A stretch of 64,000 nucleotides of DNA, from contig JAFEBS010000014.1 of assembly GCA_018242525.1 (NCBI GenBank), forward strand, positions 8,646 through 72,645, read 5' to 3'. The notes below the pieces were generated by a model. It saw nothing but the letters and a program-made list of their open reading frames with translations. It did not search any database and was not told where the DNA came from. The position numbers and the translations under genes are program-made. Origin of the DNA: Planctomycetota bacterium (GTDB lineage: Bacteria; Planctomycetota; Planctomycetia; Planctomycetales; Planctomycetaceae). Within the stretch, counting starts at the first letter, position 1. Every line of letters begins with the position of its first letter. This document shows, in pieces, positions 19,301-25,636 of the stretch.

Positions 19301-21567
19301 CGGAACCTGTGCTGGATAGAGCGATTCTTGCAACATCAAATGACAACGAACTTGCGATGTCAATCTTGGGTGCCATGCGCACCTTGCAAAAAGTAAAAGA
19401 CGCTGCTGATGCTGCTGATGCCGACCCAACGAAACCAAAGACCTTGACTACCGAGACCGCCTCCGAAGTGAAGCGATCGATAGACGCATTCATCGAACTT
19501 CTCAAACCACTCGTCGTTAAGAAAGATCTATTTCCGAATGCGTACAGTGACAAGTTTGAAACGGCATATCAACAGTTATCTGAGTTTCCAGTCAATACAT
19601 CAACTACAAATCGGCTTGCCGAAGACATGCTGGGCGCCGCGCTTGCGTATTTTGACCAGCCGTTTTTTAACGGCCAGACGGTCATCGCCGTGGCACAGGC
19701 ATATTTAGGATACGCCGACTCACTAAAGCCTTGTATTACCGCGTATCTTCGAGTGGTACAGGACCCGAAGGTGACATCAAACAATGTGGTCAGAGCTACT
19801 GGAGTCTTGAAAAATGCGGTCGGCAGAATCTATCCTGCAGATCCAACCATGCGTCCTCCGTTTGTTACGACGCTGCTGAGCAATGCAGATGCGTTGATGC
19901 TCAGGCTGTCAGGCGATGAGATTCGCATCGCCAGGGCGAAGTACGTCGGGCGGCGTGTGCGGCAAGACATCGATCATCGTAAGCTCCTTGAATTCCTGAC
20001 GGATGAACAGGAAGAGAAATACATTGAACTTGAAGAGGGATGCCGGTCGCACATCGCTCAGATTGACAACTATTTGAAGCGGTTGGCAATTGCACTCGAA
20101 GACGATTTCAAGGTGCAATTCTACGATCCTGCGTTTGCAGAAGTTCGCCGGGCCAGCCGTGAATGGGACGTTAATCTTGGACAGGTGGAACGCACGACGA
20201 TTCTGACCAACAATCGGGCACTGGCCAAGGTGAGTCCTCAGGCAACGATGGAATTTGATCTCCCGAAACGCGACATCATGATTACCGAGGCAATGACCGG
20301 GGCAAAGGCGATCGTCAACGAATATGGAACGTTGTTGCAAGACCCGACGTTTCTGAGTGTAACGGGAATGTTGAGCGGGTCGCCCGCGGTCGGGGGCGTC
20401 GCCGGACGAGGGCCAATTCCGGGACTGCCGGGGCAGGGCCTGGGAGCCGCCGGAGTGCGAAATGTGCTGCCGGGACAGTCCACGGATGCCACCGAGCAGT
20501 TGATGGCGCAAACCGGCGGTCCGGCGCGTCAATTTGGATCCGAGTTCGAGAAACTGATTCCTGACCCGGCCGTGTACAAGATCGAAACCGGGACTGGTTT
20601 TGAAGTCCGGCCCGTGATTCAACCCGATGGTCACAGCATCATTTACGATTTCGATTACATGTACACCACGAACATTCGCGAGCCGGTTCGGCCGGATGAA
20701 AAGCACCTGGGACGGGTCAAACGTCACTTCATTCATACCGAAGTGCAGACGTCCAGCTTTGAATTGCGGGAAATCAGTCGTTATCAAGTTGCTTTAAAGG
20801 TGTCGCGAACAAGTCGCGGTGTCCCATTGATGGAAGATATCCCTGGTGTCGGAGTCCTGTTCCGCCCGTTGCCGAGTGCCGAATCATCCCTGCAGCAGAA
20901 CATCATTCTTGGTCAGTCGACCGTGTATCCAACACTGTTTGACTTGATGGGACTTCGCTGGTCGAAGTATGTGGTCGATCTCGATCATCTGGGGTTGCGG
21001 GATCTGGAACATGTCGTCCGTGGACGAAACACGACGATCCACGACTTCACCTTTGACGAGGGCTCGCGGCGGGTCGACGAATTCCTGGACATTGAAACCA
21101 AGGACAAGCAGCACGTACGGAGCGATTTGTATCGTCAACAACGCCAACCGTCGCCATATCATCCGGGGGGATACCAGAACACCAGGCTCAAAGATGGAAG
21201 CGATCCAACCGGTCGGGAGTACGATCGCCCGGACACTCGCCCGGAGGACTTTCGGGAACCTCCCTACGACAACAAGTATCGAGTGCCGGTCGAAAACCTG
21301 CCGACGCGTGGAACGCGAACGGAAACTATCGAGATCCGCGGGGGCCTGGAAGCACCACAGATTCCAAATTCAGGGCTCAGTAATCCGAGCTTGAATTCCG
21401 TTCCGGAGCGAGTCAATATCCGCCCCATGAGTTATGAAGCCCCGGCGCCGGTCAAATCGGATCGCGGTGCAACCAAGCCTAACTCGAAGTCAACGAACGC
21501 GCCGCCGCCGCCGACAAAACGCCCCCAGTTACTCAGATTTCCCTCGATGGGCGTCCGCAAGAGCTGA
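16357..21567 (+). CDS. giant secretin-family outer-membrane protein with Ig-like domain and two large helical insertions
   Basis: Signal peptide MNFGPFIKASLPRIAIVLGLFAAIESAAPSVAFA. An Ig-like DTVAPRVTGIRLVG segment. A secretin N-type domain split as ARLYYFRDAHRVAQIINRNV ... VSVSVIGEGLIQLRGPIRGINKIRTMISQIDAPVGQVKVGIFTVQVNGE. The C-terminal secretin core has FEVRPVIQPDGHSIIYDFDY, RHFIHTEVQTSSFELREI and GVPLMEDIPGVGVLFRP (the VPxLxDIPxxGxLF signature). Confidence 0.75.
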   Translation: MNFGPFIKASLPRIAIVLGLFAAIESAAPSVAFAQGKGPKPTVAAGLFATADPAAIAIAPGTPIPTTAYIKVSMPDAAGELRIFIGNTRQFAKRIASDSTTTKIVPLDLFNISMKSPQKLTVVWTPDTMSASDPSDPIDVDIDTVAPRVTGIRLVGVSGGPATLEIRFAEDDLAVSNSSAVGSPLKPENYVITRSAGLPGFTSADGIPAGANLKPILSDDRMTVRIALGSLASDNYQIIIRSIQDGHGNTIDPDNVKLNFTAAPEPGTGKHVEFPEYTARVERNKTEVFNPGDRVDTRMARLYYFRDAHRVAQIINRNVQSYNRAAVTMAQQNAEDSRNLANQKTADRKQREATAIRAAEATRAAESELAAARQALEEIRAVNAQATQGAAAATQAATDATRQQSTPEIEALTRQSTDLGTKITSLNTAIDADQTSLNTLNSTIAALNVDLAGLHAELDGVPAAMQNSDSAKALVTKTSDLNINTAKKKAIIDRMLLAKADLESTSTQKDKIDAKVNALKNENTDFTAQATALTTRATSARTAAVSFAAKVAELESKVANLRDSERLKQADVDQAQEAEDRARENQFRAEVAAATADPDTYVPGDVKSVDPVTRVSVSVIGEGLIQLRGPIRGINKIRTMISQIDAPVGQVKVGIFTVQVNGEHGDRMEKVATRIEGNIDLSRYLTNQSLGLLRRSIQEIAGMVVKSVDLEMRGNRQVDRDRRYLYAFFGRDFVDELYEMDSEFLHTENKILSIHSMDTTNQSQAFFIMALAKNDIRQMILERFRHLIQCEMPCLEWDFRRSADMTRRIKHQKLNTLEEVTFNVHQKYHFSNLHGFFNAWVDDTDAMTPMQREFIRLAQIFKSQMVAEMEYKQRVIERGLIEDQANTEDELNELLQPVRSSANLMIVKSLQGLIESQDKIAELELSILDLLGGLDEVQLDIAERVNTYQAVQSKVLSALQSRSRTYSRLSLALKASENRNITEPVLDRAILATSNDNELAMSILGAMRTLQKVKDAADAADADPTKPKTLTTETASEVKRSIDAFIELLKPLVVKKDLFPNAYSDKFETAYQQLSEFPVNTSTTNRLAEDMLGAALAYFDQPFFNGQTVIAVAQAYLGYADSLKPCITAYLRVVQDPKVTSNNVVRATGVLKNAVGRIYPADPTMRPPFVTTLLSNADALMLRLSGDEIRIARAKYVGRRVRQDIDHRKLLEFLTDEQEEKYIELEEGCRSHIAQIDNYLKRLAIALEDDFKVQFYDPAFAEVRRASREWDVNLGQVERTTILTNNRALAKVSPQATMEFDLPKRDIMITEAMTGAKAIVNEYGTLLQDPTFLSVTGMLSGSPAVGGVAGRGPIPGLPGQGLGAAGVRNVLPGQSTDATEQLMAQTGGPARQFGSEFEKLIPDPAVYKIETGTGFEVRPVIQPDGHSIIYDFDYMYTTNIREPVRPDEKHLGRVKRHFIHTEVQTSSFELREISRYQVALKVSRTSRGVPLMEDIPGVGVLFRPLPSAESSLQQNIILGQSTVYPTLFDLMGLRWSKYVVDLDHLGLRDLEHVVRGRNTTIHDFTFDEGSRRVDEFLDIETKDKQHVRSDLYRQQRQPSPYHPGGYQNTRLKDGSDPTGREYDRPDTRPEDFREPPYDNKYRVPVENLPTRGTRTETIEIRGGLEAPQIPNSGLSNPSLNSVPERVNIRPMSYEAPAPVKSDRGATKPNSKSTNAPPPPTKRPQLLRFPSMGVRKS

Positions 21568-21599
21568 TGACCAACTGGCGACACCACAAATATCGATTT

Positions 21600-21605
21600 A
21601 GGAGG
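21600..21605 (+). promoter_or_regulatory. Shine-Dalgarno AGGAGG, 7 nt upstream of ATG 21613
   Basis: Perfect AGGAGG in TTTAGGAGGATTAAGAATG. Confidence 0.6.
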
Positions 21606-21612
21606 ATTAAGA

Positions 21613-22248
21613 ATGGCTAGGGGAAAGATCGTTGTTAAGTTGACAATCCCATTCGTCCGCCCGGACGGTGGAGGTTCGCTACTGGATATTGAAGGCGATA
21701 CGACAGGGCTTGTTGACGGAATGTCAGTCGATTATCACGTTGTGGATGGGTTGGCCGTCATCGATAGTGGCCTCCAATCCGTCGCTGCGGAGAGTCCGAC
21801 CAAAGGAACAATCGTTGTTAAGTTGACAATTCCGTTCGTCCGTCCAGCAGGTGGCGGTTCACTGCTGGACATTGATGGCGATACGACAGGGCTTATTGAC
21901 GGGATGTCCGTCGATTATCATGTTGTGGATGGGTTGGCCGTCATCGGCAGCGCCCCGCCCGTCGCGGCGGAGAGCCCGATCTCAATCCCCAATCGGGCAC
22001 CTGCCAGGAAGGCTGCAAAGAAAGCAGCGAGCACGGCATCATCCTCCAGGAAGGCTGCGAAGAAGTCTTCGGCCAAGCCTGCAAGTTCCAAGAAGACCGT
22101 CAAAAGGCAGGCCACCTCCAAGAAGGCTGCAAAAGCGGCAACCGCGAAGTCAGTTTCCAAGAAGGTGATGAAGAAGGCTGCCGTCAAGTCCGCGAGTTCC
22201 AAGAAGGCCATCAAGAAGAAAGCTTCCTCCAAGAAGAAACTCAAATAA
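21613..22248 (+). CDS. protein with two tandem ~61-aa beta-rich modules and a histone-H1-like Lys/Ala/Ser-rich C-terminal tail
   Basis: G(K/T)IVVKLTIPFVRP(D/A)GGGSLLDI(E/D)GDTTGL(V/I)DGMSVDYHVVDGLAVI occurs twice. The tail is ...PARKAAKKAASTASSSRKAAKKSSAKPASSKKTVKRQATSKKAAKAATAKSVSKKVMKKAAVKSASSKKAIKKKASSKKKLK. No signal peptide. Strong SD. Confidence 0.7.
   Translation: MARGKIVVKLTIPFVRPDGGGSLLDIEGDTTGLVDGMSVDYHVVDGLAVIDSGLQSVAAESPTKGTIVVKLTIPFVRPAGGGSLLDIDGDTTGLIDGMSVDYHVVDGLAVIGSAPPVAAESPISIPNRAPARKAAKKAASTASSSRKAAKKSSAKPASSKKTVKRQATSKKAAKAATAKSVSKKVMKKAAVKSASSKKAIKKKASSKKKLK
21622..21987 (+). repeat. intragenic tandem duplication, period 183 nt (second unit 180 nt)
   Basis: Hand alignment of the 141-nt cores gives about 17 mismatches (about 88% identity) and 43/47 identical residues. 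Most nucleotide differences are synonymous. Confidence 0.8.
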
Positions 22249-22281
22249 TCGACGAAGCCTAAAAAGCATCCGCCAGGTCAG

Positions 22282-23313
22282 TCATTTCTGAGAATCCCGC
22301 TCACCCTGCAGTTTGTCGCGCCGCTGTTGCAATTCATCTCGTTCACGCTGCAGTTTGTCCCGCGCATCCTGAAGAGTCTCACGTTCGATCTGCAGTTTGT
22401 CCCGCACACTCTGCAGACTGGCGGCTTTTGCCGCCTCGGCTTTCAGCGCATCTCTTTGGTGACTGAAATCGGCCTCTCGACCGATCTGCAGGGCATCCCG
22501 CTCAGACTGCAACTTGTCACGTCGCTGTTGAAGTGCGTCACGTTCGTCTTGAAGTGTGTTACGGGCATCCTGCATCGCATCTCGAGCAGCTTGATCCTTA
22601 ATGGAGGCCAAGTCCCGTGCATCCAGGTCCCGCTTTCGTTTGCTCAGCACTTTCGGCTGAATGGCCATCAGAGCCTTGATGTCCTTCGTCAGTTCCGAGA
22701 TTTCGGATTTCAATTCAGATACTTCCTGCGTCGTTGCATTTGCTTTCGTGATCGAAGCTTGGTCTGGATGCCTCGAGACGACAAGCGTGCCTGTGCCGCC
22801 AACCGATACGTTGATCGTGGCATTCTTCAAGACACGCTGATGTTGATCTACGACGACAATCTCAACCGCCTTGGAAAGGACACCAATCGGTAAGTTCAAT
22901 TCGTATTGGCGAACCGGATCCGTTGAAGTTGTTCGCTGCCCATCAATAATCACGACCGCATTACCGGGGCAGGCAACGCTCAGACGAAATGTTGAAGGCA
23001 GGACCACCACCCCAAGTGGACTCACGACGAGATGCGAGGCTGATCCATCGGTGGCTGCGAGAATCGGAGCGGAATTCATCGCAAGTGGAGCCATGTCCGA
23101 ACAGACTGAGCAGCTAACGGAAAGAGTCGGGGACGCGACCAGTACCGGATTGGTCATGCGTGGAGCCCAGGGCTGATCGTATCCAAACGTGCGTTTCGGA
23201 CACTGTTCCACGCGGTCTCGACTGATCGCGTGTTTCGCCGGAATCAAAAGTACCGCAGATAGAAGTACCAAGTAGAGCGAACGGAATCGGATCATTGTTT
23301 CTCCAAGTTTCAT
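22282..23313 (-). CDS. secreted protein: TIGR03000-like beta domain + long ERDxLQ heptad coiled coil
   Basis: Signal peptide (MKLGET)MIRFRSLYLVLLSAVLLIPAKHAIS. FRLSVACPGNAVVIIDGQRTTSTDPVRQYELNLP resembles the planctomycete TIGR03000 domain pattern. The C-terminal half carries repeated RDALQ/RDKLQ/RDELQ heptads. Paralogue of the next gene. Confidence 0.6.
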   Translation of the reverse strand: MKLGETMIRFRSLYLVLLSAVLLIPAKHAISRDRVEQCPKRTFGYDQPWAPRMTNPVLVASPTLSVSCSVCSDMAPLAMNSAPILAATDGSASHLVVSPLGVVVLPSTFRLSVACPGNAVVIIDGQRTTSTDPVRQYELNLPIGVLSKAVEIVVVDQHQRVLKNATINVSVGGTGTLVVSRHPDQASITKANATTQEVSELKSEISELTKDIKALMAIQPKVLSKRKRDLDARDLASIKDQAARDAMQDARNTLQDERDALQQRRDKLQSERDALQIGREADFSHQRDALKAEAAKAASLQSVRDKLQIERETLQDARDKLQRERDELQQRRDKLQGERDSQK

Positions 23314-23375
23314 TTTATCGGAAGGATCAACAAGTTCATTGTTTCACAGGATGGTAACGAATCCGTCCAGCCAGT

Positions 23376-24011
23376 CTATTTCTTTGCATCGCGCTCTTTT
23401 TGCAACTGGTCGCGACGCATCTGCAATTGATCGCGTTCGGTCTGCAGTTTGTCACGTTGAAGTTGCAACGTGTCGCGTTCGTCCTGCAGTTTGTCGACTT
23501 CACGTTTGCGGGCTTCGAGTGCCTCGGCGGTACTCCGAAGTTTTTTCAATTCCGCGCTGACCACGCTGGGTACGACAACAGTCTTTGACTGTCCAGACGT
23601 GGCTGGCATTCGATCATTCAGGACTGGTTCCAGACCATCTTGAAGGACGAGGACATCAAGTTCGACCATCGACTTGGGGACGGAAATATCGTATTGGCGG
23701 ATTCTTTCCGTCGACGACGTCAGTCGACCGTTGATGATCACTACTGCATCGCTCGGGCAGACGACACACAGTCGAAATGGGGCACCGTCGGACTCCGCCA
23801 GATTCAGGGTCTCAACACGCGGATCGGTGGTTTGCCGATTCGCCTGAGATGAAGGAGCGGCAGGTATTGAACGGTCGGTTGTCGGTCCCATTGTTGGTGC
23901 GCAGTTTATTGCCTGGACAAACACACCCCGCCTGTCACGAGCAATCGCTGCATTCGTCAACGTCGCCAAGGTTACGATGAAAAGCGTTAGGCCCAAAGCG
24001 CGACACCGCAT
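23376..24011 (-). CDS. secreted protein: TIGR03000-like beta domain + ERDxLQ heptad coiled coil (shorter paralogue)
   Basis: Signal peptide MRCRALGLTLFIVTLATLTNAAIA, then FRLCVVCPSDAVVIINGRLTSSTERIRQYDISVP. The C terminus is DKLQDERDTLQLQRDKLQTERDQLQMRRDQLQKERD. Start taken at ATG 24011. Confidence 0.6.
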   Translation of the reverse strand: MRCRALGLTLFIVTLATLTNAAIARDRRGVFVQAINCAPTMGPTTDRSIPAAPSSQANRQTTDPRVETLNLAESDGAPFRLCVVCPSDAVVIINGRLTSSTERIRQYDISVPKSMVELDVLVLQDGLEPVLNDRMPATSGQSKTVVVPSVVSAELKKLRSTAEALEARKREVDKLQDERDTLQLQRDKLQTERDQLQMRRDQLQKERDAKK

Positions 24012-24500
24012 GGTCAAGTCTCCAGCAAACAATGGGGGTTCACAGGGAAATGAAGCGTTCCGGAAAAACGCATCACTCGTGAAAATGTTAATGTGCGCAG
24101 AATATCCAGACAAGCCTGGCGGCGCGACTTGGTACGCCACACAGGAAGATTATTTGCCAGAGTGTCGCGGCGCAGGATGGGCCGAGTCCGAACGGACGGC
24201 GTCACGTGGTTGGCGACGGAACGTCCATCCGACCATTTTTCAGGACACGGATCGCCCTACTTGATCGCTCGGTTCAGCAGGTTCTGTGTGATCTTCTGCA
24301 CTCGTGCGTCCGGGTCGTGGGGTCGGCTCCAGTGCGACCATGGCAGCATGTGACAGAAACAAAAAGGAAGGTGCGGCGAACCCACAATCCGATCCGTCAC
24401 TTCAAACTTCCAGATATAAAGTCGTTACCCGCGTTGAGTGCCACCCCGGCAATTACAGCCGTAGTGCCAGCCGGTATCATCGGATGCGATCAGTGACGCG

Positions 24501-24519
24501 CCGACGCAGGCAGCGTCGG
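24501..24519. repeat. 19-nt hairpin motif CCGACGC-AGGCA-GCGTCGG downstream of the yidD stop (copy of 4010..4028)
   Basis: Matches the 4010 copy at 18/19 nt, with the single difference in the loop. It lies 11 nt after the yidD stop. Confidence 0.5.
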
Positions 24520-24530
24520 GTACGCTTGCT

Positions 24531-24767
24531 TCAAGGAGGATCGTAGCCGCCAGGATGCCAGGGGTGGCAACGGCAGATTCGCCAGACCCCTTTGGTGGCA
24601 CCGCGAACCGCGCCATACTTGCTGACCGCCTGTATGAAGTAGTGACTGCAGGACGGTTCGAAGCGACAGTGTCTCCCCAGCAGGGGGCCAATGAACAACT
24701 GGTAGAAGCGGACTCCCAGGATCAGCAGTTGTCCCGGCAGTTGCCAGATCCAAGTCTGGACGTTCAT
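24531..24767 (-). CDS. yidD: membrane protein insertion efficiency factor YidD
   Basis: 78 aa with YQLFIGPLLGRHCRFEPSCSHYFIQAVSKYG...RICRCHPWHPGGYDP, the canonical YidD Cys pattern. Its ATG overlaps the rnpA stop (ATGA). Confidence 0.9.
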   Translation of the reverse strand: MNVQTWIWQLPGQLLILGVRFYQLFIGPLLGRHCRFEPSCSHYFIQAVSKYGAVRGATKGVWRICRCHPWHPGGYDPP

Positions 24768-25144
24768 GACGGGGCGTCCTCCGGGGGGCGGTCCCGATCC
24801 AGTCGTCGAGTCAACCGCTTGACCAGGCCGATCAGTGACTGGCGGTAAGCCGATAAAGACGCTCGATCTCCCGCCAGGGGGATTGCGATCAGATCCACTC
24901 CCGTCGAGAACTGGTGTCGTTCCAGGCGAAACGCTTCGCGCAGCCAGCGTTTCAGGCGGTTTCGCTGGACGGCTCCGCCATGTTTTTTGGAAACGCTCAG
25001 GCCAATCCGAGTCACCGGCAGGTCATTGCGCGCCACGAACAACAGCAGGACTCCGTCGGCCCCTTTGCACTTCAGTGCATAGACCCGCTCAAAGTCGCGG
25101 CCAGTCCGCAGGTGATGTGTCGCTGGAAACGGAAAGGTTTGCAT
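24764..25144 (-). CDS. rnpA: ribonuclease P protein component
   Basis: 126 aa with LRTGRDFERVY...RIGLSVSKKHGGAVQRNRLKRWLREAFR (the RNR motif region). Sits directly upstream of yidD. Confidence 0.9.
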   Translation of the reverse strand: MQTFPFPATHHLRTGRDFERVYALKCKGADGVLLLFVARNDLPVTRIGLSVSKKHGGAVQRNRLKRWLREAFRLERHQFSTGVDLIAIPLAGDRASLSAYRQSLIGLVKRLTRRLDRDRPPEDAPS

Positions 25145-25162
25145 GAGTGCGATCAGGCCGAT

Positions 25163-25579
25163 TCAGGACTCGTTCGGGGGGTGACGTTCGGTCGCATCAG
25201 ATTCTGGCAGCGAGGATTTCTCAATGGTTTTCTTCGGCGGCTTCAGGAACCAGAAATCGCGTTCCGGAGGATCATTGTCCGGAAGCGACCGCCGCAACTG
25301 GCGTCGCAAACGGGACGCCCACAAAACAGTCAGCGCCAGCAGAAACAGGCCGACAATCACGATCCCGCCCAGGGCAAACAAACCCGCATACGCTTTGACC
25401 TTCTTTTCATTGGGGCGTTTTACAGGTGGCGGTGGACTGGCGTCTCCCTCGTCCACGGTCGTGGCCGTCGGCGGTTGTGCGGCAGCGAACTGCGTGAACA
25501 ACCCCAAGTCGGCGGAAAACCCGCCCAGAGCAATCACAACCAGCGATCGAAGCACGATTCCTTGCAGCGGTTTGGCCAT
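25163..25579 (-). CDS. hypothetical membrane protein
   Basis: Start taken at ATG 25579 (MAKPLQGIVLRSLVVIALGGF). A second TM (GLFALGGIVIVGLFLLALTVLW) is followed by a basic stretch. No family recognised. Confidence 0.45.
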   Translation of the reverse strand: MAKPLQGIVLRSLVVIALGGFSADLGLFTQFAAAQPPTATTVDEGDASPPPPVKRPNEKKVKAYAGLFALGGIVIVGLFLLALTVLWASRLRRQLRRSLPDNDPPERDFWFLKPPKKTIEKSSLPESDATERHPPNES

Positions 25580-25636
25580 GGAGATCGTCTTTCGATGGGC
25601 ACGGACAGGCAAAATCGGGAGGAAATCCAACGACCG

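Noticed and set aside
22290-23500. Periodic CTGCAG (PstI-site) / CTGCAGTTTGTC recurrence that looked like a non-coding DNA repeat array
   Set aside because: It is fully explained by the coding of repeated (D/E)KLQ heptads on the minus strand in the two paralogous coiled-coil genes. It is not a CRISPR or satellite array.
24257-24349. 30-aa minus-strand mini-ORF, plus a 27-aa hydrophobic mini-ORF nearer yidD
   Set aside because: They are too short to support as genes, with no recognisable SD or family. I mention them only under the gap finding.
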